A DNA stretch of 64,000 bases from Octopus sinensis. Taxonomy: Eukaryota. Where the stretch lies: the NCBI RefSeq assembly GCF_006345805.1, contig NC_043002.1, positions 90,458,001-90,522,000 on the forward strand. The letters run 5' to 3'. The position numbers were made by a program, and so were the translations under genes. Shown here in pieces: positions 1 through 12,186 of the stretch (positions are counted from its first letter, which is position 1; every line of letters begins with the position of its first letter). Below the pieces are notes generated by a model. The model did no database searches and was not told the DNA's origin. It saw only the letters and a program-made list of their open reading frames with translations.

Positions 1-306
1 GGCTGTAGTTGTAACTGGGCTTCATGTACCTTTGCATGTCGTTTAAGTCCTCCTGCCGAATTACACTCTCTTCCACATGCCCGACAGATATGATTAGTAT
101 GGTGTGTTACACCACCACCAGTGGCCAGGTTGTCACTCATCTGTCTCGCTTTATGACTACGAAGATGACTCTTGAGTCCAGCTTTACTCAGGCAGGGTCT
201 TGCACAAACATTGCATGTCAGCATCATAGGAAGACCCTTCCGATCTGGAAGTGTAACAGCGATGCCTTCCTGACATCCCTCCTTACTTTTTCATGTGCTC
301 ACCTGC
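1..306 (-). mobile_element. RTE-clade LINE ORF2 C-terminus with C2H2-like zinc fingers (5'-truncated, runs off window start)
   Basis: Minus strand reads CNVCARPCLSKAGLKSHLRSH...CRACGRECNSAGGLKRHAKVH (CX2CX3C-X-S-X2-GL-X2-H pattern typical of RTE C-termini). Positions 1-111 match 58313-58423 in reverse complement with about 4 differences. Confidence 0.75.
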
Positions 307-332
307 TACAATCAATAGCTATAGCAATAGCT

Positions 333-775
333 ATACATACATACATACATACATACATACACACATATACATACACACATACATACATACATACATGCAT
401 GCATGCATGCATGCATGCATACATACATACATACATACATACATACATACATGCATATACATACATACATACATACATACATACACACATATACATACAT
501 ACATATATACATACACACATATACATACATACACAAACATACATACACACACAAACATACATACATACATACATACGTACATACATACATACATACATAC
601 ACACATATACATACATACATACATACATACATACATACATACATACACACATATACATACATACATACATACATACATACATACATACATACATACATAC
701 ATACATACATACATACATACATACATACTTACATACATACATACTTACATACATACATACATACATACATACACA
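333..775. repeat. (TACA)n tetranucleotide microsatellite
   Basis: Visible tandem tacatacata array; source of the HTYI/MYVC ORFs. Confidence 0.97.
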
Positions 776-1163
776 AACAACTAGTTTCTTTTCCTGTTTC
801 CATTTATCAGCTTCACTCACAAGGCCTTGGTCAGCCTGATATTAGAGAAGATACATTTGGACAAGGTGCCACATAGTAGAACTGAATCCCAAATCATTTA
901 GATGGATTACGGATTTCTAAACCACACAACCATCCCTGTGACTAATATATATGTATGTGTGGGAGTGTGTGTGCATGTGTGTGTGTATATATTCTACCAA
1001 ATGTATACATTTTATTTATTATTTTGCACATTACTTAATCATTATCATATGTTTTATCTTATATTTAATCTTTCTGTAAGATGTAATTTTTCTAAATGGT
1101 ATAATTTAACTTTTCCTTATTGAATTGATAAAAGGTGTTTTTTTCTCATTTAAATATATATAT

Positions 1164-1197
<34 letters not shown>

Positions 1198-1214
1198 ATA
1201 ATATATACATGAAT

Positions 1215-1381
1215 AAGCACAGTCCACTCTGCTGGGTGGTTAGTGTTAGGAAGGGCATCCAGATGTAAAAATCCTGTCAAAACAGTCACAGAAGTCTGGT
1301 GCAGGCTTCTGCTTGGCCGACTCCTGTCAAACCATCTCACCCATGCCAGCGTGGAAGGTGAACATGAAATGATGATGATGA
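1215..1381 (+). mobile_element. RTE-type 3' tail fragment ending in (GAT)n
   Basis: ggttagtgttaggaagggcatccag...catgccagcgtggaa...gatgatgatg; same tail as the RTE copies at 6058 and 28505. Confidence 0.75.
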
Positions 1382-1423
1382 GTTAGGACATAAATGCAAA
1401 AATGGTGGAAAAATATAGAAATT

Positions 1424-1937
1424 ATCAGTTAAGCCCTCTTAATTGTCTGGCTTTTTCCGGACCTGCTTCACTATTAGTATCTATGTTTCTTTTATCCAAA
1501 TTATTGGATGATTTAGTGATCCCTAGTCACATTTAGTGACAATTATAATTCTCATTTGGTGAAGCATTGCAAACTGCTGTTTATATTAATTAGCAAATTG
1601 CTAAATCATCCAATAATTTGGATGATGAAAACGTAAATACTAAATAGCAAAGCAGGTCCAGAAAAAAACCAAACAATTGAGTGGGCTTAACTGATGAGGT
1701 AATGGAGACTGCTAAAACTGATGTCTGTATTAAGAATTCTTGACCAACATTTTTCGGACAATTAAGGTTCTTGTTAGTGTATATGTTTTCATTCATGTGC
1801 ATTCACTACAGCAGTAGAGCATTTTAACTCTTATTTCTAGCAATGTAGGTGTTTCCTAATACCCTTGTCACATTTAGTTACAATTATAAGTCTCCTTTTT
1901 GGTGAAACATTGCAAGTTGCTGTTTATATTAATTTTA
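1424..1937 (-). mobile_element. Rearranged Penelope-like RT fragment (inverted and direct partial duplications)
   Basis: Minus strand gives LIIVTKCDKG (cf. PLE ADKG) and TSVLAVSITSSVKPTQLFG (cf. P-x-LYG). 1424-1519 is inverted to 1595-1695; about 1521-1592 repeats at 1862-1935. Confidence 0.5.
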
Positions 1938-2059
1938 TACATACATACATATGTATATATATATAAGTATATATATATTATATATATACATACATACATA
2001 CATACATACATACATACATACATACATACATACATACTATGTATGTATATATACCACCC

Positions 2060-2283
2060 ATTCCCTTCGGTCATTCAAAATGTGACTGCATGTGTACCGT
2101 TGGCGATTTTTTTTCTTCGGTCTTCCCTTTTTTGGATCTTTCCTTTTCCTATGTTTCTGACGAAGAGCTCCGCTCGAAACGTTAAATCCTCCTTTTTTCC
2201 TGAGCGTCCAATAACACTATATTGTTCTACTTCCTTGCGTTGTTGTGTTTTCTCTTTGTGTTTTCATGTGTGGATTAACTATA
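2060..2283 (+). mobile_element. PLE pseudo-LTR/3' remnant carrying a hammerhead motif
   Basis: Similar to the reverse complement of 9655-9800 (ctgacgaagagc...gctcgaaacgt...cctgagcg...ggattaa then (TA)n). Confidence 0.55.
2154..2186 (+). ncRNA. Minimal type-I hammerhead ribozyme motif
   Basis: TTT CTGACGA A GAGC TCC GCTC GAAA CG T T AAA: intact core, 4-bp stem II, palindromic ACGT stem III, 3-bp stem I. Confidence 0.6.
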
Positions 2284-2311
2284 TATAATATATATATATA
2301 ATTATACACAC

Positions 2312-2342
<31 letters not shown>

Positions 2343-3051
2343 CACATATATATATATATAATATATTATATATATATACACATATATATATATACATATA
2401 TATATAATATATATACAGACATACATACACATATATATATATGTATATATGTATGCATATGTACATATGTATACACACACACACAGTCTGGAAGTTCTGG
2501 TGCTGTGGGGAATGTGGTATCACCCTTTAATTACTGTTATTCCCAGGTCCATTCTGGCTCAGAACCGTAGTACTTGTCAGGGTCCCTTCTATGGCTTAAA
2601 TATATTTCCAAAGGGTAGAAGAGGGGCTTTGTGTTTTTTTGACACAACCATGGAGAAGGCAACTTTTCTCAAAGAAAAGTACTTTGACATAAAATTTGCA
2701 GTGAAATTAGTACTAGTCATCTTGCAATGCTTGTCATTGAAACCTATTTATTGTGAAAAGAGAGCGGCAAAAAGCATTGTACAAGCTTTTGTCACTTAAA
2801 TCCAATGACATCCAGATGTTTCAGTATCTTTTCTGCATGTAAGATGACTATCATCTGACAAAATGAGGCAGTCATCACACACACATACACACACACATGC
2901 ACAAATGCTCATACACACATACACACACACACATTTATGTTTTTATTATAAATTTGTTTCTACATATATATTTGTATGCAAAATGTACATGAATGATGAT
3001 AATTATATATATATACATACATATATATAATATATATATATATATTATATA

Positions 3052-3120
<69 letters not shown>

Positions 3121-3245
3121 ATATTAGATATATATATATATATATAATATATATATATCGAAGTAAGCACATGAATGTGAAACAAGGTGGAAAAAAGAGT
3201 ACTCAAATACCAGAGGTAGAGTAATATGCTATAAGTATATATATA

Positions 3246-3285
<40 letters not shown>

Positions 3286-3469
3286 TATATTATATATATA
3301 TATAATGGAGAAATTATACAAAATGTATAGGTAGATGATGAGTAAAGCACTGGCACAGTTTTGATTACCTGTTGTTATCCATAGACTTATTGTAGGAACT
3401 TTGTAGTGGCGGTTGCGGAAACAGTATTAATAAAATAGATGGATGGAATGAGGAAAAGATTTTATTTGG

Positions 3470-3513
3470 TATGTCACATGATTTGACCTGTTCTTGGTCT
3501 CATCAGGTACATA
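3470..3513 (-). ncRNA. Degenerate minimal hammerhead motif
   Basis: Minus: TATGTAC CTGATGA GACC AAGAACA GGTC AAAT CATGTG ACATA; GAAA and the cleavage triplet are mutated. Confidence 0.45.
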
Positions 3514-3544
3514 AATAAATATATACACACATCTTTTCTTTAAT

Positions 3545-4435
3545 CTTTTGTTTTTTTCATCAGTCATTAGACTGCAGCCATGCTGAGCCTTAAAGAACTT
3601 TACTCAAATGAATCAACTTCTAGACTTAATTAAAAAAATTTTAAAGCATGGTACTTGTTCTACTGGTCTTTTTGTCTTACCAAACTCCTAAATTATGAGA
3701 CTTAACACAAATGGTGGTGGAGGACAAACAAAGACACACACACACACATATGTATATATATATCATCATTATCATCATCATCATTTAATGTCCGCTTTCC
3801 ATGCTAGCATGGGTTGGACGATTTGACTGAGGTCTGGCGAACCAGATGGTTGCACCAGGCTTCAATCTTGATCTGGTAGGGTTTCTACAGCTGGATGCCC
3901 TTCATAACGCCAACCACTCCAAGAGTGTAGTGGGTGCTTTTACATGCCACCAGCACGGGGCCAGTCAAGCAGTACTGGCAACGACCTCACTTGAATCTTT
4001 TACACATGCCACTGGCATAGGTGCAAGTAAGGTAATGCTGGTAACGATTATGCTCGAATGGTGTCTTTTACATGCCACTGACATGGAGGCCAGATAGCCG
4101 CTCTGGCAACGATCATGCTCAGATGGTGCTCTTAACACCCTACTAGCATGGTGCCTTTTATGTGGCACCGGCACGGAAGCCGGTTAGCCGCTCTGTCAAT
4201 GATCAGACTTGTATGGTGCTCTTTACACCCCACTATCACGGACGCCAGTCATCGAATTATATATATATATATATATAATGAGTTTTTTTCAGCTTCTGGT
4301 TACCAAATCCATTCACAAAGCTTTGGTCTGTCAGAGGTAATAGTAGATGACACTTGCCCAAGGTGCCATGCTTTGGGACCGAGTACAGAAACATGTGTTG
4401 GGAAGCAAGCTCCTTACCACACAGCCACACTGCTC
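3545..4435 (-). mobile_element. SINE-A split by an RTE-tail element (about 3763-4252) inserted in its internal microsatellite
   Basis: SINE-A 3' half at 3545-3760, then a (CAT)n-tailed element, then SINE-A 5' half at 4280-4435. Confidence 0.7.
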
Positions 4436-5074
4436 ATATACAATCATCATCATCGTTTTACATCTGCTTCCATGCTAGCATAGGTTGGGCATTTTGACAG
4501 GGTTTACTAAGAAGTCAGAGGACAATATTTTGCTCTCCACTGTCACAATCCTGATTTTATTTCCATTGGCGCATGCTCCTTCTATTACCAGCGGCTTTAT
4601 AAAGTTTCTGATTTAGACATAAAGCCAGCAATTTCGAATAGAAGAGCAGTAGTCAATATCATTGAGCCCACTCGTAGATTAGTGCTTCACTTTATAAATC
4701 CTGCATGGATAAAACCTGAAATTAATCCCAACAGGATTTGAACTCAGAATGTAAGGTACTGGAAGAAATACTGCAAAACACTTTTCCTGGTACTCTGAAA
4801 GTTCTACCTGTTCACTGCCTTTTGTGAACTTAAAAAATAATTATCATAATTATTGTTTTTGTTGTTATTTTAAAGCTTTAAATAAAGCAGCAAGCTGGCA
4901 GAATCGTTAGCAATGCCAGAGAAAGTACTCAATGACCTTTCATCCTTCTTTACCTTGTTAGTTCATATTCAGCCAAGGTCTATAAGTTTATAAGTACCAG
5001 TTGAGTATTGGAGGTTGCTGTAATTGACTAACCCCGCTCCAATAAAATTTCAGGCCTTGTACCTATATATACAT

Positions 5075-5430
5075 ATTTTTACTTTTACTTGTTTCAGTCA
5101 ATAGACTGCGACCATGCTGGTGGGGTACTGCCTTGAAGAATTTTAGTTGAACAAATTGATCCCGGTACTTATTTAAAGTACTTATGTAAAGCTTGGTACT
5201 TATTCTGTCAGTCTTTTTAGGAGAACTGCTAAGCTATAGGGACTTAAATGCACCAACACCAGTTGTAAAGCAGGGGTGGGGAACAAACATGCACACACAC
5301 ACACATACACATGGTGGGTTTCTTTCAGTTTCCATCTACCAAATAGTAAAAGTCACTTGTCCAAGGTGCCATGCAGTGGGACTGAACTCAGAACCATGTA
5401 GCTGAAAGGCAAGCTTCTTACCACGCAACA
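5075..5430 (-). mobile_element. SINE-A copy (decayed)
   Basis: tttacttgtttcagtca...gactgcgaccatgctgg...ttgtccaaggtgccatgcagtgggactgaactcagaaccatg. Confidence 0.8.
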
Positions 5431-5682
5431 GGAAAGAAATTCTATAGCTTTAAATACATACATTCTTATACTCAAGCATATTATTTGCAAAGTGCCGTTA
5501 ATGCTCTATTACACTCCCCCTCCCACACACACAAACACTCTGAAAATAATGACAAACAGAAAATAAAGATAACTGCTTTAATCATATTTTCCAGAAATCC
5601 AGCAATATCACCAATCTTCAAATATTCTGTTATTCTCACCTATGGTTGATTTTTTTCTATACACCTGTATTTTAACAATCAT

Positions 5683-5799
5683 ATGACTGAAATTGATCTG
5701 ACCAAAGTATTATATAAGTTTGAAAGCGTAGGCATAACAGGAAATGATGGTATTGCCATTGCTGATTTCCTTAAATACAGAAACCATAGAATAATATGA
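5683..5799 (+). mobile_element. CR1/L2-like RT fragment
   Basis: KVLYKFESVGITGNDGIAIADFLKYRNHRII resembles LLxKLxxxGIxGxxLxWIxxFLxxRxQRV. Confidence 0.45.
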
Positions 5800-6057
5800 G
5801 GAATTCTTATTCTCCCAGATCCCTTTTTTTTTCATCATGTTATATATACATATACAGCCTGTAGACAAAAATGTACAGTCAGCTTAATTTAGCAGCTATC
5901 CAAACATCTCAACTGAAATTCTTGAAATTCAATACAAAGGAAGACATATATAAATGTGTGTGGGTATGTGTGAATTCATTTGTGTATGTATGTGTAGATA
6001 TATGTATATAAATATGTATGTGTGTGTGTGTGTATATATATTTATATATAATATATA

Positions 6058-9000
6058 TCATCATCATCATCATCATCATCATTTAACGTCCGCTTTCCAT
6101 GCTAGCATGGGTTGGACGGTTCAACTGGGGTCTGGGGAGCCCGAAAGCTGCACCAGTCCAGTCAGATCTGGCAGTGTTTCTACAGCTGGATGCCCTTCCT
6201 AACGCCAACCACTCCGAGAGTGTAGTGGGTGATTTTATGTGCCACCGACACAGGTGCCAGACGAGGCTGGCAAACGGCCACGCTCGGATGTGTTTTTTAT
6301 GTGCCACCGACACAGGTGCCAGACGAGGCTGGCAGACGGCCACGCTCGGATGGTGTTTTTATGTGCCACCGACACAGGTGCCAGATGAGGCTGGCAAACG
6401 GCCATGATCGGATGGTGCTTGTTACGTGCCCACAGCACGGAGGCCAGTCGATGCGGTACTGGCTACGGCCACGTTCGGATGGTTTTATTGTGTGCCACGT
6501 GCCACCGGCACTGGTACCACAAAGATACAAATTCCATTGATGTTCATCTATTTTGATTTGTTTTGATTTGATTTTCACTTGCCTCAACAGGTCTTCACAA
6601 GTGTCACAGAAGGAAGGTATGCACAGGTGGACTGACTACGTCCCAGGTAGGGGCCATGGGTTATGTCCTGACTAGTCTTGCCGGGTCTTCGGATGGTGTT
6701 TTTATGTGCCACCGACACAGGTGCTAGATGAGGCTGGCGAACGGCCACGATCGGATGGTGTTTGTCATGTGCCCACCGCACTGACTACAGCACTGATGGA
6801 TTTCTTGTGTGCCACAGGCACTGGTACCACAAGATACAAATTCCATTGATGTTCATCTATTTTGTCTATTTGATTTTGATTTGATTTGATTTGATTGATT
6901 TGATTTTCACTTGCCTCAACCGGTCTTCACAAGTGTCACAAGAAGGAAGGTATGCACAGGTGGACTGACTAGTCTTGCCGGGTCTTCGGAAGGTGTTTTT
7001 ATGTGCCACCGACACAGGTGCCAGATGAGGCTGGCGAACGGCCATGATCGGATGGTGTTTGTTACGTGCCCACAGCACGGAGGCCGGTCGATGCGGAACT
7101 GGCTACGGCCACGTTCGGATGGTTCTCATGTGTGCCACCGGCACTGGTACCACAAAGTGTGTGCCACCGGCACTGGTACCACAAAGATACAGATTCCATT
7201 GATGTTCATCTATTTTGATTTGTTTTGATTTTGATTTTGATTTTCACTTGCCTCAACAGGTCTTCACAAGTGTCACAAGAAGGAAGGTATGCACAGGTGG
7301 ACTGACTACGTCCCAGGTAGGGGCCATGGGTTATGGCCTGACTAGTCTTGCTGGGTCTTCGGATGGTGTTTTTATGTGCCACCGACACAGGTGCTAGATG
7401 AGGCTGGCGAACGGCCACGATCGGATGGTGTTTGTCATGTGCCCACAGCACGGAGGCCAGTCGATTGCGGTACTGGCTACGGCCACTTTCGGATGGTTTT
7501 CTCTTGTGTGCCACCGGCACTGGTACCACAAAGATACAAATTCCATTGATGTTCATCTATTTTGATTTGTTTTGATTTGATTTTGATTTTGATTTTCACT
7601 TGCCTCAACAGGCCTTCACAAGTATCACAAGGAGGAAGGTATGCACAGGTGGACTGACTACGTCCCAGGTAGGGGCCATGGTTTATGGCCTGACTAGTCT
7701 TGCGGGTCTTCGGAAGGTGTTTTTATGTGCCACCGACACAGGTGCTAGATGAGGCTGGTGAACGGCCACGACCGGATGGTGTTTGTTATGTGCCACAGCA
7801 CGATGGCCAGTGATGCGGTACTGACTACGGCCATGTTCGGATGGATTCTTGTGTGCCACCGGCACTGGTACCACAAGCGGTACTGACTACTTTTTATGTG
7901 CCACCGACACAGGTGCTAGATGAGGCTGGCGAACGGCCACGACCGGATGGTGTTGTTTGTTATGTGCCCACAGCACGATGGCCAGTGATGCGGTACTGAC
8001 TACGGCCACGTTCGGATGGATTCTTGTGTGCCACCGGCACTGGTACCACAAGCGGTACTGACTACGGCCACGTCGGATGGATTCTTGTGTGCCACCGGCA
8101 CTGGTACCACAAAGATACAAATTCCATTGATGTTCATCTATTTTGATTTGTTTTGATTTTCACTTGCCTCAACAGGTCTTCACAAGTGTCACAAGAAGGA
8201 AGGTATGTACAGGTGGACTGACTACGTCCCAGGTAGGGCCCACGGGTTATGACCTGACTAGTCTTGCCGGGTCTTCGGATGGTGTTTTTATGTGCCACTA
8301 TGTTCCCACAGCATGGAGGCCAGTCGATGCGGTACTGGCTACGGCCACGTTCGGATGGTTTTCTTGTGTGCCACAGGCACTGGTACCACAAAGATACAAA
8401 TTCCATTGATGTTCATCTATTTTGATTGATTTTTTCACTTGCCTCAGCAGGTCTTCACAAGTGTCACAAGAAGGAAGGTATGCACAGGTGGATCGACTAC
8501 GTCCCAGGTAGGGGCCACGGGATATGGCCTGACTAGTCCTGCGGGTCCTCTCATGCACAGCACACTTCCATAGGACTCGGTCTTCAGTCATTTCCTTGGT
8601 GAGACCTAAAGTTCGAAGGTCGTGCTTCACCACCTCGTCCCAGGTTTTCCTGGGTCTACCTCTTCCACAGGTTCCCTCAACTGCTAGGTGTGTAGCACTT
8701 TTGCACACAACTATCTTCAGCCATTCTCGTCACATGACCATACCAGCGCAGCCTTCTCTCTTGCACACCAAACTGACACTTCTTAGGTTCAACTTTTCTC
8801 TCAAAGTACTACACTCGACGATTATGAACACTGACATTACACATCCATCGGAGCATACTGGCTTCATTTCTTGCAAGCTTACGCATATCCTCAGCTGTCA
8901 CGGCCATGTTTCACTACCATGTAGCATGGCTGTACGTACACACGCATCATATAGTCTGCCTTTTACTCTTAGCGAGAGGCCTTTTGTCACCAGCAGGGTA

Positions 9001-9125
9001 AGAGCTCTCTAAACTTTGCCCAGGCTATTCTTACTCTAGCAGTTACACTTTCAGCACACCCACCCCCGCTACTGACTTGGTCTCCTAGGTAGCGGAAGCT
9101 ATCAACTACTTCTAGTTTGTCTCCC
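6058..9125 (-). mobile_element. 5'-truncated RTE LINE with tandemly amplified 3' end
   Basis: About 8545-9125 minus encodes VDSFRYLGDQVSSGGG...MLHGSETWAVT...RRLRWYGHV...GRGRPRKTWDEVVKHDL. 6230-8545 holds six copies of a 3' module; (GAT)n tail at 6058-6082. Confidence 0.92.
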
Positions 9126-9290
9126 TATAATATATAATAATATATAATATCATATATAATATTATATATAATAATATATAATATTATATATAATAATATA
9201 TATAATGATATAGGATAACATTTTTTTCAGAAAAAATTTCATCAAATGTTGCAGCATATTAAAATACCTATAAAGGTTAAAATTATAAAC

Positions 9291-9510
9291 AACTTATAAA
9301 CAAGGGCAATAGAAAAGTTATTTCAATACCAATATGCTGAGAAGAGACTTTAAATCGTCAATTCCCACATTTATAAGATACATTCACTATAGATACAGCT
9401 AGATCTATCTATAGTGAATGTATATTATAAATCTGGAAATTGATGATTTAAAGTCTGTTCTCAGCATATTGGCATTGAAATAATTTTTCTATTGCCCTTG
9501 TTTATAAGTT
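9291..9510. repeat. 220-bp fold-back palindrome, probably PLE-derived
   Basis: Arms of about 105 bp, roughly 90% reverse-complementary, with a loop of about 10 nt (cagctagatc). Confidence 0.9.
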
Positions 9511-9607
9511 ATATACATATGTGTGTGTATATATGTTAGTTAGTTAGTTGTTATTAATTTGGCTCAAAAGCAAATAGCAAGGCCATGTAGGGGGATATAT
9601 ATATATA

Positions 9608-9651
<44 letters not shown>

Positions 9652-9654
9652 ATT

Positions 9655-9800
9655 TAATCCAAACGGGAAACAAAAAAACAACAACAATGGAACAATTACA
9701 GTATTATTATTAATAGGCGCTCAGGAAATGGAAGCAGGGAGGTATGACGTTTCGAGCAGAGCTCTTCGTCGGAAAACATAAAGAAGGAAGAGAGAGGAAA
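9655..9800 (-). mobile_element. PLE pseudo-LTR remnant with mutated hammerhead (9743-9776)
   Basis: Minus: CCGACGA A GAGC TCT GCTC GAAA CG TC; same family as 2060-2283. Confidence 0.5.
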
Positions 9801-10654
9801 GAAAGATCCAGAGCGGGCAACAGGGAAAGAGAAAAAACGATGACTGGTTTACGAGTTGCACATGGTGAAAGGCGGATGTTTACGATACAAGAGCAAAGTG
9901 GGTTTTTAAAGGCAAAAGAGTGGAGACAAGTTGGTACGCAAACAGATGTGTGTGGGTGTGAGTGTGTGCGTGTGCGTGTGTGTATGTGTGTGTGTGAGGC
10001 GAGATGAAAATATATATAATATATGTGTGTGTGTGTGTATGTCAGTGTGTGGGTGTATATGTATGTATGCATGCATGCATGTATGTTTGTATGTATGTAT
10101 GTATGTATGTATGTATGTATATACATACATACATGCTAGCATGGACAACGGACGTTAAATAATGATGATGCTGACATATGTGTAAATGCATATATATACA
10201 TATATGTGTGAGAAAGGTTTAGTTCAAGTCTTTGTGATTGTGTTTGTCCCCTATAACCACCACTTGGCAACCAATGTTTGTGTGTTTATGTCCCCATATA
10301 TTTACATCCTCATAATTTAAAAGTTAAGCAAAAGGGACCAATAGAATATATAGTAGGCTTAACAAAAAAACTACCAAGGTCTCTTCTCCATTTTTTAACT
10401 GTTAGTTGAGTTTATATAGGAATTTATCCTATAAATGCTCGTAACACATTTTTTACTTGTATATATACATATATATTTGTATGTATGCATGTATGTATGT
10501 ACATATGTATGTTTGTATGTATACATACATACACACACTTCCGTATGATCTAGGTGTTATATATGACTTGGAAACTGATATTCATATGTATGTAGGTGGA
10601 TTCATTAAAGTACTAAATATTGCAGATGAAAAAATAATTAATGAAAGCGCTTAC

Positions 10655-10707
10655 TTTGCTTGAAACAAACAGAAAAAAAAAAGGAAAAATATTCTCAGGA
10701 ACGTCAT
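10655..10707 (-). CDS. Possible first coding exon encoding a signal-peptide-like MTFLRIFFLFFFCLFQA
   Basis: Acceptor tttttatgcag directly followed by ATG; donor AA|gtaagc; hydrophobic run. No partner exons found. Confidence 0.25.
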
Positions 10708-11061
10708 CTGCATAAAAAGCATTCAGTTAAATGACGAGAGAGATTTTACGACTTAATGTTGTGAAGCCAGTGTTTCAAGCAATTAAAAAAAAAATTACAT
10801 CTGACAACCAGTGTTTGAGTGTTTACCTCCCCATATGTTTACATCCTCATGATTTAAAAGTTCAGCAAAAGGCACCAATGGAATATATAGTAGGCTTAAC
10901 AAAAAAACTACTATGTGCAGGGGTTGATTCATTCAACTAAATAATTCTTCAAGGCGTTGCTCCAGCATGGTCACAGTCTGGTGAGTGAAACAAGTAAAAT
11001 ATAAAAGATAAAAGCTGTGGATCCTTGGAATCCAAAGCAGCATCTGGTCCTTACTGTAGCC

Positions 11062-11852
11062 CAGGTGTTCTCAATCATTTTTTCATCTATGAACCCCTTT
11101 GATTACTGTTTTATTCTGGTGGACCCCCTGCACCCCAATAGCCATTTGATGTTTAAAATCTTGTTTTATTGAAACTTCTTTCAAATTCCTCTTTTGTTTT
11201 TCACATGTTAATGTGTCGGTTGAACTACGTAAAATGTTTGAGAAAGAAACCTAGCAGTTTTTTGCAATAAACAGCAATTCATACATCTAAAGCAAACATT
11301 TTTTCAGGGTCTCCTTAAAACACTGTGGTGGATCCCCAATTTACTATTTTCTTGCTTGGACTACCAAAAATCTTATATGGACCCTCATGGGTCATATTGA
11401 CAAGACATTCTCAATCATTTTTTTTATCTATGGACCCCTTTGATTACTATTTCATTCAGGTGGGCCTCCATAATTATTTGATGTTTAAAAAGTAGACAAT
11501 ATGACACAATCCAGACACAACATAATTTGCTCCAACACACAAATTCACATAAAGAATCTTGCAAAGCAGATACAAAAATGAAGTTGAAAAAGTAGTTTTA
11601 TAGAAACTTCTTTCAAATTTCTTATTTTGTTTTTCCCACATTATCTTGTGTTGGTTGAACTATATAAAACGTTAGAGAAAGAAACCTTGCTGGTTCTTGC
11701 AATAAATAGCAATACATACATCTATAACAAAATTTTTACAGGGACCCTTGAAATATTATTGTGGCTTCTCAATTTACTGTTTTGTTGTGTGAACTCCTCA
11801 AAAATCTATTTGGAACCTCAGGGACCATATAGACCCTACTTTAGAACTACTG
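11062..11852. mobile_element. Two related non-autonomous hAT-like MITEs
   Basis: Ends resemble CAGTGGTTCTCAA / TTGAGAACCACTG (caggtgttctcaa, ttagaactactg); the internal sequence ttctcaatcatttttt...gacccc repeats at about 11065 and 11407. Confidence 0.6.
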
Positions 11853-11860
11853 GTTTAAAC

Positions 11861-12059
11861 CAATGGTTTTCAACTGGGGTCATTATGGCCCTTTTGTTGT
11901 TAAAATTTATGCACAATAAATTACTTATATTTCTACAATACACAAAACATTCTAATTTTTTATACATTTTCTAATAATATTTAAATATGAAAATATTTTG
12001 TTTTAGGGTAAAACAGGAATGAAAGGGGTCCATAGGCTAAAAATGGTTGAGAATTATTG
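11861..12059. mobile_element. hAT (Charlie-like) MITE
   Basis: TIRs caatggttttcaac / gttgagaattattg; flanking 8-mers gtttaaac and ctctaaac. Confidence 0.7.
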
Positions 12060-12149
12060 CTCTAAACCCTTGAAATCCAAGCTGTTGCAACACCTGGTCC
12101 TTACTCTAGATAGGGTGGATGGCACTTTTGGCATGCATGTGCACACACG

Positions 12150-12186
<37 letters not shown>

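Noticed and set aside
24-876. Long ORFs rich in HTYI/MYVC
   Set aside because: They are translations of the (TACA)n microsatellite; the same applies to most listed ORFs.
5640-5665. Possible 25-nt minus-strand exon with gtgaga donor
   Set aside because: It would end in a stop if joined to the 10655 exon, and it abuts a CR1-like RT remnant.
6230-8545. CRISPR-like repeat-spacer appearance
   Set aside because: The context is eukaryotic, the intervening sequences are themselves repeated, there are no cas genes, and it matches the RTE 3'UTR.
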